DNA from: Sphingobium sp.
Lineage (GTDB): Bacteria; Pseudomonadota; Alphaproteobacteria; Sphingomonadales; Sphingomonadaceae
Reading direction: 5' to 3'
DNA length: 64,000 bases
Assembly (NCBI GenBank): GCA_035251955.1
Contig: DATFDS010000246.1
Location: 23,191-87,190 of the forward strand
Part shown: in pieces, positions 49,563-59,554 of the stretch
How positions within the stretch are numbered: the stretch's first letter is position 1
How the letters are laid out: the number at the start of each line of letters is the position of its first letter
Program-made: the position numbers and the translations under genes
The notes under the pieces: generated by a model
Told to the model about the DNA's origin: nothing
Database searches by the model: none
The model's input: the letters and a program-made list of their open reading frames with translations, nothing else

Positions 49563-50303
49563 ATGAATCCGGTGAAGTCGGCACAGCGCACATTGGCGAT
49601 TCTCGAACTGCTGGAGCGGCTGAGGCGGCCCGCGCGCGTTTCGGAAATCGCCAAGCTGCTGGGCTATCCCCAGTCGAGCACATCGGTGCTGATCAGCAGC
49701 CTCAAGCAGCTTGGCTATCTCAATTTCAATCCGGAGACCCACGAGTTCGCGCCTTCCATCCGCGTCGCGCTGGTCGGCGGCTATCTGCGCTTTGATACGC
49801 ACCACGCCTATGAGGTGCTCGACCTCATCTCCGCGGTGCGCGAGCGGACCGGGCTGACGACGATCCTGTCGACGCGCAACGGCGTCCATGTCCAATATGT
49901 CTATGCGCTCGCCGCGACCGGGCGACGGATGATGGGGCTGCGTGCGGGAAGCATGCGGCCGCTGACCCGCGCGGGCGCCGGAATCATGATGCTGACCGAA
50001 TGTCCGGACGATGAGATCGGGCGGATCGTGCGCCGGCTCAACACGCTGCATGATGCAGGCGAGCGGGAGAAGCTCGACGTCGTTCTGTCAACGGTCACGC
50101 AGGCACGGCAGGACGGCCATGCCTGCGTTCTCAATCGCCTGGTCGCCGCGGTCGGCTCCGTCGCCGTCAAGCTGCCAATCCGCGACAGCTTCGGCAAGCC
50201 GCTGGCGCTCAGCATCAACGGCCGCTCGAACGAGATCGGCCCGAACCAGACGGAGCTGGTCGCGGTGATGCGGGAAGAGATTGCCCGCTTCGCCGAGCGC
50301 TGA
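49563..50303 (+). CDS. IclR family transcriptional regulator
   Basis: VKSAQRTLAILELL...SEIAKLLGYPQSSTSVLISSL. Confidence 0.9.
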   Translation: MNPVKSAQRTLAILELLERLRRPARVSEIAKLLGYPQSSTSVLISSLKQLGYLNFNPETHEFAPSIRVALVGGYLRFDTHHAYEVLDLISAVRERTGLTTILSTRNGVHVQYVYALAATGRRMMGLRAGSMRPLTRAGAGIMMLTECPDDEIGRIVRRLNTLHDAGEREKLDVVLSTVTQARQDGHACVLNRLVAAVGSVAVKLPIRDSFGKPLALSINGRSNEIGPNQTELVAVMREEIARFAER

Positions 50304-50444
50304 AACAGTTTTTCGAAACGGGTTCGGAAGTGTTGACATGACCCGGGACATAGGCCAATCCGCGCCAAGCGGCCCGATTTGCGAGCGTCATCCTGTTGGA
50401 AGGGTGCGGCCGCCTCGATCAGACTCTGGAGGAGGATCCCCGGC

Positions 50445-52088
50445 GTGCAAAAGCCTCAGAAACCGCTTGATCCGGGTTTTTCACCGACGCTTCCCAATCT
50501 TCTGGCCAATGCGGCCCGGCAGTTCGCCGACCGCACCTTCCTGATCGACGAGAAGGGCGAACAGACCTTCGCCCAGGTGGAGGCGGACACCGCCGAACTG
50601 GCGCGCGGTCTGCTGGCGCTGGGCGTCGCCAAGGCATCGCGCGTCGCTCTCTTCGTCCCCAACACGACGGACTGGGTAAGATGCTGGCTGGCAGCCGGGC
50701 GGATCGGCGCACTGACCCAGCCGTTCAGCACGCTCTACAAGCCGGCAGAGCTGGACTGGGGCCTGTCGCATCTGGATACCGAAACCCTGTTCGTGCAGGC
50801 GCGCTACGGCAATATCGACCTGGTCGCCCGGCTCGAGGAGGCGATCCCCGACCTCGCCGATCAGGCAACGACCACCCTGTTCCTGCCGAGCCATCCCTAT
50901 CTGCGCCGCATCATCGTGATGGGCGACTGCGATCGGCCCTGGGCGATCAAGGGCGCCGACGCGCTGCGCGAAGCCGCCGCTGCCTATCCGCAGATCGATG
51001 GCGCCTATCTCGCCAATGTCGAACAACTGGTGACGCCCGCCGACCTGTTGGTCACCATCTCCACATCGGGCACCACCGCCCATCCAAAGGCAGTCGTGCA
51101 CACCCATGGCACTGCGGTGCGCATAACCCACGAATTTCTCGACTATATCGATTTCATTCCCGAAGATCGCAATCTGGTCGGCATGCCGATGTTCTGGGTC
51201 GGCGGTCTCAACACCAATCTTCTGCCGGCGCTGCACATTGGCGCGGCGCTCGTCTTCGCCGCCGGTCCCAAGACCTCCGACATGCTCGACGCGATCACCC
51301 GCTTCGGCGTCACCCGACTGCCCTGGTGGCCGATCCAGATCCAGGGCCTGATCAAGGAAGCGGCGGAAAAGGGCGTGGACCTCAGCAGCCTGCAGCGCGT
51401 GCTCAACATCCGCGACGATCATGGGCGCGATATTCCGCCCGCGCGACGCGGCTATTCCTTCGGCATGACCGAAACCTTCGGCATGCATACGATCGAGCGC
51501 CGCACGGTGCCGATACCGGCAAGCAAGGCGGGCGCGATGGGGCGCAACCTGCCGCATGTCGAACGCCGGATCGTCGATCCGGAAACGGGGATGGAAGTGT
51601 CGCCGGGACAACAGGGCGAACTGCAGGTACGTGGCTACACGCTGATGGCCGGCTATTACAAGGTCGAACGCGAGGATATCTTTACCGAGGATGGCTTCTA
51701 CCCGACCGGCGACATCTGCTCGATTGACCGGGACGGTTGGCTCTATTTCCACACCCGGCGGACCGAGATGATCAAGACTTCCGGCGCCAATGTCGCACCG
51801 ATGGAGGTGGAGCGCGTGCTCGTCACCCATCCGCAGGTCAGCGAAACCTATGTGTTCGGCATGCCCCACCCGACCAAGGGCGAGACGGTGGTCGCCGTGG
51901 TGGTCCCGGAAAAGGGCGAGACGCTCGACACCGCAGCACTGCGCAAGCTGACGTCGGACCAGCTTTCCGCCTACAAGGTGCCGCAGGCGATCTTCGTGGT
52001 CGAGGAGCAGGACATTCCGCGCACCGCATCGGGCAAGGTGAACAAGAATAATCTCGCCAAGCTCGTCGAGGATCGCGTCGACTGGTGA
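50445..52088 (+). CDS. Acyl-CoA synthetase (AMP-binding)
   Basis: TSGTTAHPK, FGMTE, TGD, IKTSGANV, SGKV; GTG start after GGAGGAGG. Confidence 0.92.
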   Translation: MQKPQKPLDPGFSPTLPNLLANAARQFADRTFLIDEKGEQTFAQVEADTAELARGLLALGVAKASRVALFVPNTTDWVRCWLAAGRIGALTQPFSTLYKPAELDWGLSHLDTETLFVQARYGNIDLVARLEEAIPDLADQATTTLFLPSHPYLRRIIVMGDCDRPWAIKGADALREAAAAYPQIDGAYLANVEQLVTPADLLVTISTSGTTAHPKAVVHTHGTAVRITHEFLDYIDFIPEDRNLVGMPMFWVGGLNTNLLPALHIGAALVFAAGPKTSDMLDAITRFGVTRLPWWPIQIQGLIKEAAEKGVDLSSLQRVLNIRDDHGRDIPPARRGYSFGMTETFGMHTIERRTVPIPASKAGAMGRNLPHVERRIVDPETGMEVSPGQQGELQVRGYTLMAGYYKVEREDIFTEDGFYPTGDICSIDRDGWLYFHTRRTEMIKTSGANVAPMEVERVLVTHPQVSETYVFGMPHPTKGETVVAVVVPEKGETLDTAALRKLTSDQLSAYKVPQAIFVVEEQDIPRTASGKVNKNNLAKLVEDRVDW

Positions 52089-52095
52089 GGCGTTG

Positions 52096-53643
52096 CTACA
52101 GCACGCCGTCCCAGAGCAACCGTTCGGCGCGGGCGGGATCGGATTCGACCCGCATGTCCCGATCGAAAATCATGGTGGCGCGCGTCTCCAGATCATAGGT
52201 CGGCCAGGACGGCAATCCATCGACGGCCAATGTCCCGGCCCGCGCCCAGTTGGACCAAAGATCGTGCGCGCGCGCAGCCGCAGCGGCAGCGCCTTGGGGC
52301 ACACGACGCCAGGGGTTGGTGCCGCCGAACACAAAGCCCATGTCCCCGCCGTGGGAAGCATAGCCGGTCGCCGGCCCGTCAGTCGCCTTCCAGTCGAAAC
52401 GATACATCCAGACCCGCCCGCCAGCGCCGGCGTGCGCTTCGGCGAAACGTAGCGAAGGGATCCAATATTCCTCCGCCGTCAGCTGGCGAATGCGGCGGTC
52501 CGGCGGTGAAAGTCCGGGCAAAATCCGTTCATAGCCCGGCTCCAGCGACCGCATGGAGGCGAAATCGAGATTGGCGAGCTGGCGCGGTTCCAGCGGCTTT
52601 TCGGCGCGACCGGGGAGAAGCATGCCGGCAGACTCGTCCCGCGCCGTACCGATCACGACGTCCAGATGCCGCGTCATCCCCGCGCGAGCGGCCGCAACCG
52701 GGCCGAGCGGCAGGATGTGCCCGTCCACCGTCGGGCGAAAAGGGAAGCCCAGGGGAAGCGCGGCCATTGCCCTTCCCTGCGCCGCCAGCAACTCGGCAGC
52801 GGGCAAGGACGCAAGACCGCGCACGTCGCCAGCCTTCAGTCCGGCTGCCGCTATCACCGCTTCAGCTACCGGCCTGGCCTGCTGCGCATCGTTGAACGTG
52901 GTAAGGCCACCGCCGCTCTGCACCAGCATGCGACGGAACAGGCGGTTGGCCGACGGCATCGCCGCCAGCGCGCACTCATTCTTCGCTCCAGCCGACTGAC
53001 CGATCAGCGCAATGTCATGCGGATTGCCGCCGAACGCCGCGATATTCTCGCGGACCCAGCGCAGCGCCGTTGCAAGATCGAGCAGGCCATTGAGGCCGGA
53101 CCCTGCAAAGGCAGGATCAATCCCGCCCAATTCCATGAAGCCGAACGCGCCCAGCCGGTAATTGGCGGAGACGACGACGATGTCGTCCTGCGCGAAGGCA
53201 GTGCCGTCATAATGGGACTGGCTGCTAGCGCCCAGGAAGTTTCCACCTCCATGGACGATGAAAAGCACCGGATGCGGTCCCTGCGCTGCGGGTGCGAGAA
53301 TATTGAGCGTCAGGCAGTCGTCCGACATGGGGCCGACCGTCTCCATAGCCGGAAACGCAGGCTGCAACGCCGCTGGGCCAAAGGCACCCGCATCGACGGG
53401 GCGACGGGAGGATGGCAGCGGCACCGGGCGGCGGAAACGAAGCTTGCCGACCGGTGGCAGGGCGTAGGGGATTCCCCTGAAGACATGCAAGTCCCCGACC
53501 ACGCGGCCCATGATCCGGCCGGTCCTGGTGGACACGACAGGCCGAAGCACGTCGGGCCGCTGACGCGCCGCGCGACCATCCGCCGCCCCGGCGAAGAGCG
53601 CCGCCCCGCCGATTGCCATCATCGTGCGACGGTCAATCTGCAT
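52096..53643 (-). CDS. Type B carboxylesterase with putative Tat signal
   Basis: MQIDRRTMMAIGG.., FRGIPYA, DCLTLN, HGGG, GQSAG. Confidence 0.9.
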   Translation of the reverse strand: MQIDRRTMMAIGGAALFAGAADGRAARQRPDVLRPVVSTRTGRIMGRVVGDLHVFRGIPYALPPVGKLRFRRPVPLPSSRRPVDAGAFGPAALQPAFPAMETVGPMSDDCLTLNILAPAAQGPHPVLFIVHGGGNFLGASSQSHYDGTAFAQDDIVVVSANYRLGAFGFMELGGIDPAFAGSGLNGLLDLATALRWVRENIAAFGGNPHDIALIGQSAGAKNECALAAMPSANRLFRRMLVQSGGGLTTFNDAQQARPVAEAVIAAAGLKAGDVRGLASLPAAELLAAQGRAMAALPLGFPFRPTVDGHILPLGPVAAARAGMTRHLDVVIGTARDESAGMLLPGRAEKPLEPRQLANLDFASMRSLEPGYERILPGLSPPDRRIRQLTAEEYWIPSLRFAEAHAGAGGRVWMYRFDWKATDGPATGYASHGGDMGFVFGGTNPWRRVPQGAAAAAARAHDLWSNWARAGTLAVDGLPSWPTYDLETRATMIFDRDMRVESDPARAERLLWDGVL

Positions 53644-53690
53644 GGCTGCCTCCTCAACGTCCAGGCGGTGGCTGCCGCCTGGTGCTCCCA

Positions 53691-54905
53691 TCAGACTTCG
53701 ATCTTGTACAGCTTCGCCGCGTTGGTGCTCATGACCTTGCGGATGACGTCCTCGCCCCAGGGCTGGAGCACGTTCAGGCCGTGCTGGACCGCGCCCGGAT
53801 AGAGGCAGGTGGCGTGCGGGAAATCGGTTTCGAACAGGACATTGTCGAAGCCGATCGAATCCAGCACCTGGCTCGGGGCCGATTTTTCGAACCAGAAGCA
53901 GCTGTAGACCTGGCGGCGGAACAATTCGGTCGGCGACGGCTGTTCCAGCCCCTTGCCTTCGAACGGCGTGTCGAGCAGCTGCCATTCCAGGCGTTCCAGC
54001 ATGAAGGGAATCCAGCCCAGGCCGCTTTCCACGATGACCCACTTGGTCTTGGGGAAGCGCACCAGCAGGTCCGACGCCAGCAGGTTCGCCATGACGCGCG
54101 CGTTGTACAGTTCCAGCTGCGAGTTGCCGATGACCATCGCGCGCTGCTTGTCCATGCCCGGCCAGGTCGAGGATGCCCAGGCTTCCAGGCTCGATTCGCT
54201 CGAACCGACGTGGAAGTTGATCGGCATTTCGAGAGCCGAGACGGCTTCCCACAGCGGATCCCAATGCTCGTTGGTCAGCGGCGGCAGGTCCGCACCGGCA
54301 TGCGGCTCGGGGCAGATGGTGATGCCGCGCAGCTTCAGGTCGCGCGCGCAACGCTCGGCTTCCTTGACCGATTCCTTGACGTCCCAATAGGGCACCAGGC
54401 ACTGCGGCAGCAGGCGCTCGCCGCTGTCCTGCTGCAGTTCGGCGAGATAGTCGTTATAGACCTTGATCGTCATCAGGCCGATCTCGGGGTCCATGTTGGC
54501 GAGTTGGTGCGCGCCGAAGCCCAGGATGTTGCCATAGCCGATCTGGGCCCACACGCCCTGCTCGTCCATGAACTTCACGCGTTCCTTGGGATCGTAGGAC
54601 GCCGGGTGCACCTCGTCGAAGGTCATGCCGGCGCGGATGTCGAATTCCCAGAAGCTCTGCTTGGAGCCGTCCTTGCGGATGACCGACGCGGCGCCGACCT
54701 TCTTCTGCAGGATCTGGTCGTCGTTGATATACCAGTGCGGACGGCCCTTGGGCCCCATCTTCACGTGGGGCAGCTTGGTCTTCCACTTGTCGGAAACGCG
54801 GCTCGACCACAGATCCCACGGTTCGGTGATGTGAGTGTCGGCGTCGATGACCTTCAGGCCTGCGGGCGCCTTGATCTCGCCCGGCTTGTCCAGAACAGTT
54901 GCCAT
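53691..54905 (-). CDS. Amidohydrolase_2 family protein
   Basis: VIDADTH, FHVG, FETDFPH. Confidence 0.9.
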   Translation of the reverse strand: MATVLDKPGEIKAPAGLKVIDADTHITEPWDLWSSRVSDKWKTKLPHVKMGPKGRPHWYINDDQILQKKVGAASVIRKDGSKQSFWEFDIRAGMTFDEVHPASYDPKERVKFMDEQGVWAQIGYGNILGFGAHQLANMDPEIGLMTIKVYNDYLAELQQDSGERLLPQCLVPYWDVKESVKEAERCARDLKLRGITICPEPHAGADLPPLTNEHWDPLWEAVSALEMPINFHVGSSESSLEAWASSTWPGMDKQRAMVIGNSQLELYNARVMANLLASDLLVRFPKTKWVIVESGLGWIPFMLERLEWQLLDTPFEGKGLEQPSPTELFRRQVYSCFWFEKSAPSQVLDSIGFDNVLFETDFPHATCLYPGAVQHGLNVLQPWGEDVIRKVMSTNAAKLYKIEV

Positions 54906-54926
54906 GGTAGTTACCTCCTAAATTCG

Positions 54927-55226
54927 TCAGATTTCGATGTCCAGGATGAAGGACTGATAAGACTTCGCCTGCGTATCGACGTTCAGCGACGCCGAATTGG
55001 CGCCTCCCAGCGCGCCGTGCAGGACGAAGTTCAGTCCCTTGAGATTGGGGAACTCGTAGCGGTCCACCGGCCCCTTCACCGTCCGCGAGAAGAAGTCCTT
55101 GACCTTTTCGGCGGTCAGCTTCTCACGCAGAAGCTCCCAATCTTCGTCCTTGTAGGGGAACACGCAGACATTGCCGGTGTCGCCCTTGTCGCCCGAGCGC
55201 GAATAGGCGATTTCGCGAAGTTTCAT
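54927..55226 (-). CDS. Small AtuA-related protein (AtuA C-terminal-like domain)
   Basis: MKLREIAYSRSGDKGD...V.RYEFPNL.GLNF...LGG...SL.VD.QAK. Confidence 0.8.
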   Translation of the reverse strand: MKLREIAYSRSGDKGDTGNVCVFPYKDEDWELLREKLTAEKVKDFFSRTVKGPVDRYEFPNLKGLNFVLHGALGGANSASLNVDTQAKSYQSFILDIEI

Positions 55227-56581
55227 GCGGTCACTACCTCCGTCTCGATGGCCACCGCGTCGCGGTCGACCGGCACGCCGATGACGTTGAACGCCTCGAT
55301 GATCTGCGAGCGCGGACCGGCGACGCCGGCGGGGCGGTCGAAATAGACCATGCCCGTTTCCTCGCACACTTCCTTGGCGACGGCGCGGGTCTTGCAGCGC
55401 GCCGCCACGCGGTAGCGCAGCTCGTTGAGATCGCTCGGCGCATTGGCGATATTACCATACATGGTCGAAATGCCGTAGACCTCGAACTTCATGTCCATGA
55501 TATCGTCGGCATAAGGCTTCAACCGCTCGCGGACGATATCCTCGACCAGCCTGGCGCGGTCGAGGCAGCCGGAACCGCCGAGCGACCCTTCGGAAATCGC
55601 CTTGAAGCCGTTGCGCACGCCGACCAGCGCGCGCAGCTTTTCCGGGCGCGGCTTGCCGGTCATGCCGCGCAGTTCGACCAGGTCCTTCTGCGGCACGGTC
55701 AGGCTGATCTGCGACATGTCCATGTCGACGTCCGGCGTCAGATAAGAGCGCGGATCGTGGATCTCATAGCCCACGCGGCACTTGACCGTCTCGGCCGTCA
55801 CCATGCCGCCCGCGCTCGCCAGCTTCGTCACCCGCACAGACTCGTCGTCGACGATGACATAGGGGAAGCCCAGCGGGTCGAGACCCGGTACGACACGATA
55901 AGGCGGATCGGCGAAGCCGCCGCCGGAAATGCCGGTGCTGCCCTGGAGCATGTGCCCGGCCAGCGTGCCGAGCGCGGCGCGCTGGGGCGTCAGGCCGTCC
56001 CAGCCGAGCGCATCATGGCAGATGGCGACCGACATGGACGGGTCGGCGATGCGCCCGCCGAGCACGAAGGTCGCGCCTTCGTTCAGCAGGTCGATGAAGC
56101 CTTCCGCGCCCAGATAGGCATGAGCACAGATCAGACGGTCGCCCAGTTCGTTGATGGTGCAGCCGACCTCGGGCATGTAGACATTCCGCGCCTTGAGATA
56201 CTCAAGCACATCGCCGCCATGCATCGCGCCGATCCGCAGCCCGTCAAGGCCCGCTGCCCGCGCCGCGTCCACCGCCTGCGCCAGCGCACCCGGCACGTTC
56301 GCCTGGCCGAAGCTGCCGACGACCACGCCGCCGCGCCGCAGGAAGCCGCCCATCGCGGTCAGCACCTTGCCGGTCGCGGGATCGAAGCCCTGCTCGGGCT
56401 TCTTCATCTTGCGCAGCGTGGCGAGGGTCATGGTCTGCTCGCCCAGACGGTCGAACATCATGTAATCCACCTCGCCGCTGTTGGCGAGATCGACCGCCGG
56501 CGGGATTCTATCGCCAGCGAAGGCCGAGCCCGCGCCGATGCGCGGGCGGCGCTGCGCCCTTGGAATCCTGGTTACAGCCAC
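55223..56581 (-). CDS. AtuA (DUF1446) family protein
   Basis: IGAGSAFAGDR, AHAYLG, GRIADPS, YEIHDP..YLTPDV. Confidence 0.85.
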   Translation of the reverse strand: MAVTRIPRAQRRPRIGAGSAFAGDRIPPAVDLANSGEVDYMMFDRLGEQTMTLATLRKMKKPEQGFDPATGKVLTAMGGFLRRGGVVVGSFGQANVPGALAQAVDAARAAGLDGLRIGAMHGGDVLEYLKARNVYMPEVGCTINELGDRLICAHAYLGAEGFIDLLNEGATFVLGGRIADPSMSVAICHDALGWDGLTPQRAALGTLAGHMLQGSTGISGGGFADPPYRVVPGLDPLGFPYVIVDDESVRVTKLASAGGMVTAETVKCRVGYEIHDPRSYLTPDVDMDMSQISLTVPQKDLVELRGMTGKPRPEKLRALVGVRNGFKAISEGSLGGSGCLDRARLVEDIVRERLKPYADDIMDMKFEVYGISTMYGNIANAPSDLNELRYRVAARCKTRAVAKEVCEETGMVYFDRPAGVAGPRSQIIEAFNVIGVPVDRDAVAIETEVVTA

Positions 56582-57853
56582 TTAGACGATCCCCTTTTCA
56601 TGCAATTCGCGTATGTCCTGCGCCGACAGCCCCAGCTCCTGCTGCAGCACGGCCGCCGTGTCCTCGCCCAGGAAGGGCGGCGCGCGATAACCTTCGACCG
56701 CCTTGCCGCCGAAGCGGATCGGATTGGCGATCACATTCACCTTGTCCCCATTGCCACGGTCAAGCTCGACGCGCAGGTTGCGATGCTTGACCTGCGGGTC
56801 CTCGAAGGTCTGGTCCAGCGAGTAGACCGGCGCGCACATGACGTCCGCCTCCACCAGCCGGTCATACCATTGGAGCACCGTCGCCGTGCCGAAGCGATCG
56901 TTCAGGATCGCCGCCAGCGCGTCCACATTGGCGTAGCGTTCGGCGCGCGAGGCAAAGCGCGGATCGTCCAGCAGCTCGGTCAGCTCCATGGCCTTGCACA
57001 GCCGCGCGAACTGGTCGTTCGCGGTCGCCTGCATCTGCAGCAGCCCGTCGGCGCAGTGGAAGATTTCCGACGGCGCCGATCCAAAGGCGCGCGCGCCCAG
57101 CCGCGTGGGCACCCGGCCGCTCGCGAACATCTCCAGCGCGGCGGGTGCGATGGCGGCGAGCGAGCAGTCCAGCAGCGCCACGTCGATGCACTGCCCGCCC
57201 GCACCCTGCACCTCACGCGCACGCAGCGCCATCAGCATCGCATTGGCGGCGAACAGGCCCGTGATCATGTCCGACACGACGACGCCGATCCGCTGCGGCA
57301 GGCGGTCGGGCTCGCCGGTCAGGCTCATGAGGCCGCTCATCGCCTGGAAAATGGCGTCGGTGCCCGGCCGGCTGGCATAGGGACCATCCTGGCCGAACCC
57401 GGTAACCGACAGGTAGATGATGTCGGGATTGACTACCTTCAACGCCTCATAATCAAGGCCGTATTTCTTGAGCGTCCCGACCTTGAAATTCTCCACCACG
57501 ATGTCGCTGGTCTTGACCAGCGCCTTGACGATCTCCTGGCCTTCGGGCTTGCGGATATCGAGCGTGATGGACCGTTTGTTGCGGTTGACCGAATGATAGT
57601 TGGAGGATTCGACGCTTTCCTCCCCGGTGGGGCTCTTCACCACCCGCGATGCATAATGCCGGAAGTCGTCGCCATGGCCCGGCCGCTCGACCTTGATGAC
57701 GTCCGCCCCCATGTCGGCCAGGATCTGCGTCGCGAAGGGCGCGGCGTAGAGGCGACCGAGCTCCAGGATACGCACGCCTGCCAACGGGCGCAGCTCTTTC
57801 GCATTGGGAGCGGCATCGGCGTTTACGGACGCGAAAGGAGGCTTTTGGTTCAT
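56582..57853 (-). CDS. CaiB/BaiF class III CoA-transferase
   Basis: GADVIKVE, NRNKRSITLD, VENFK, TGFGQDGP. Confidence 0.95.
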   Translation of the reverse strand: MNQKPPFASVNADAAPNAKELRPLAGVRILELGRLYAAPFATQILADMGADVIKVERPGHGDDFRHYASRVVKSPTGEESVESSNYHSVNRNKRSITLDIRKPEGQEIVKALVKTSDIVVENFKVGTLKKYGLDYEALKVVNPDIIYLSVTGFGQDGPYASRPGTDAIFQAMSGLMSLTGEPDRLPQRIGVVVSDMITGLFAANAMLMALRAREVQGAGGQCIDVALLDCSLAAIAPAALEMFASGRVPTRLGARAFGSAPSEIFHCADGLLQMQATANDQFARLCKAMELTELLDDPRFASRAERYANVDALAAILNDRFGTATVLQWYDRLVEADVMCAPVYSLDQTFEDPQVKHRNLRVELDRGNGDKVNVIANPIRFGGKAVEGYRAPPFLGEDTAAVLQQELGLSAQDIRELHEKGIV

Positions 57854-57971
57854 GGACTTTCATTCTTTCGCGCGGTCGACGTCGGGCGATCGCCGGGTCG
57901 GGACCGGCCATCTCTCCTGCATCGCTATTTATCGCATCGCGCCTCCCTCGCCCAGTGTTGCCGGGGGCGTA

Positions 57972-58014
57972 ATCACATATGTGACGCGGCCAACTTTCTT
58001 GTCGCATATGTGAT
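57972..58014. promoter_or_regulatory. Paired palindromic operators TCACATATGTGA / TCGCATATGTGA
   Basis: Perfect 12-bp palindrome at 57973-57984 and an 11/12 copy at 58002-58013 in a divergent promoter gap. Confidence 0.6.
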
Positions 58015-58103
58015 ATGCTTTTCTTGTCGCTCGCTGCGAGGGTGCGTGCCGTGCGATGGAAAGTTCGCCGTCACCGCGATCATGTCGATGGAGGAAGGAC
58101 CTT

Positions 58104-58640
58104 ATGGACTCCCGTTTGCAGGAACTTCTGGATCGGATGGAAATCCAGAAGCTCATCAATATCTACTGCCAGGGCTGCGATCGCTTTGACGCGGTCCGAA
58201 TGGCCGAACCCTTCCACCCCGACAGCATCGTTGATCACGGACATATCAGTGCGACGGGCGCTGCATTCGTCAATGAGGCGCTGCCTGCGCAGGTCGAACA
58301 TACCAGCATGGTCTGGCACCAGATGGGCCAGGCGCTGATCGACGTGAAGGGCAGCGAGGCAAGCGCCGAAAGTTACATGTTCGTCGCCATTCGCGGGTCG
58401 GGCGAAAATGACGCGCGGATGGACCTGATGGGCGGCCGCCTGATCGACCATTTCGTGAAGGAGGATGGAGCCTGGACGATCAAGACGCGATTGCAGATCC
58501 GCGACTGGTCCTTTTCCACGCGGATCGAGGAGGACAGCCTGGCGAACGCCATGTTCGCGCAGGGCCTGCCGAACGGCGCAGATCCGGGTCTGCGCGCGCT
58601 CGGCCGCATGCATTCGGGACGGCTTACGCTCGGCGATTGA
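58104..58640 (+). CDS. SnoaL/NTF2-like protein
   Basis: DRMEIQKLINIYCQGCDRFD...GGRLIDHFVKEDGAWTIKTR. Confidence 0.85.
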   Translation: MDSRLQELLDRMEIQKLINIYCQGCDRFDAVRMAEPFHPDSIVDHGHISATGAAFVNEALPAQVEHTSMVWHQMGQALIDVKGSEASAESYMFVAIRGSGENDARMDLMGGRLIDHFVKEDGAWTIKTRLQIRDWSFSTRIEEDSLANAMFAQGLPNGADPGLRALGRMHSGRLTLGD

Positions 58641-58659
58641 GCCGCCGCCACGGGCGCGA

Positions 58660-59469
58660 TTACCGGCCCTTGAAGTCGCCCTTGCGCTTCTCGACAAAGG
58701 CTTTGGTCGCTTCCTTGAAGTCGTCCGTCTTCATGCTGTAGGCCTGATAGGCGACCGAGGTTTCGAACGCCGCGCCGGTCATCTGCTTGAGCGCGACATT
58801 GAGCGACGCCTTGGTATAGTTGACCGCGTGGCTTGGCATGTCGCACAGCCGCCGCGCGATCGTTGCGACATGGTCGTCCAGCTGATCGTCGGGCAGCACC
58901 CGGTTGATAAGGCCGATCTCCAGCGCGTCCATCGCGGAGACCGTCTCCCCCAGCAACAGCGCCTCCTTGGCACGGCGGAAGGCGCCCATGGCCGGCCACA
59001 GCAGCACGCCGCCATCCCCCGCGACCATGCCGAGCTTCACATGCGGATCGCAGAAGCGCGCATCTTCCGACGCGTAGACAAGGTCGGCGGCCAGGGCCAG
59101 CGTCAGCCCGATGCCATAGGCGACGCCGCGCACCTTGGCGATCACCGGCTTTTCGCAGTCGATGATGCGCAGCGCGTGTTTCTTCGCCTTGCGCGTCATC
59201 TCGAACAGCGGGCTCGGCGCGTCCTCCCGCGTCTTGAGCCGACCGGTATCGGCGCCCGCGCAGAAATCCTTGCCCTCGCCCTGCAGGACGATGACCTTCA
59301 CGTCGTCATCCTGCCAGACATCGTCCCAGATGGTGGTCAGCTCCATGCTGATCTCCGGCGTGGTCGCGTTCCGGCGGCCGGGGTTGGAAAGGGTGATCGT
59401 CATCACCCCGTCCCGCTTTTCCAGAAGAAGCCCGGAATAGCGGCTGTAGTCGTAGCTGCCTTCGATCAT
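58660..59469 (-). CDS. Crotonase-superfamily protein with His/Asp active-site signature
   Basis: NPGRRNA, FCAGAD, DPHVKLGMVAGDGG..LWP. Confidence 0.88.
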   Translation of the reverse strand: MIEGSYDYSRYSGLLLEKRDGVMTITLSNPGRRNATTPEISMELTTIWDDVWQDDDVKVIVLQGEGKDFCAGADTGRLKTREDAPSPLFEMTRKAKKHALRIIDCEKPVIAKVRGVAYGIGLTLALAADLVYASEDARFCDPHVKLGMVAGDGGVLLWPAMGAFRRAKEALLLGETVSAMDALEIGLINRVLPDDQLDDHVATIARRLCDMPSHAVNYTKASLNVALKQMTGAAFETSVAYQAYSMKTDDFKEATKAFVEKRKGDFKGR

Positions 59470-59554
59470 GATGTCTCGTTCCCCACAGGCGTTTGATCGC
59501 TCCATAACAGTGACGGCGCGGAAGCGCAGCCCTCGGCCGGTCGTGGCGGCGCGC

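Noticed and set aside
52096-54402. 768-aa apparent extended esterase
   Set aside because: The N-terminal extension overlaps the amidohydrolase in another frame; the real start is probably 53643 (RBS plus RR signal).
55757-58189. 810-aa plus-strand ORF of TonB-receptor-like length
   Set aside because: Antisense shadow of the AtuA and CoA-transferase genes; lacks plug motifs and a terminal Phe.
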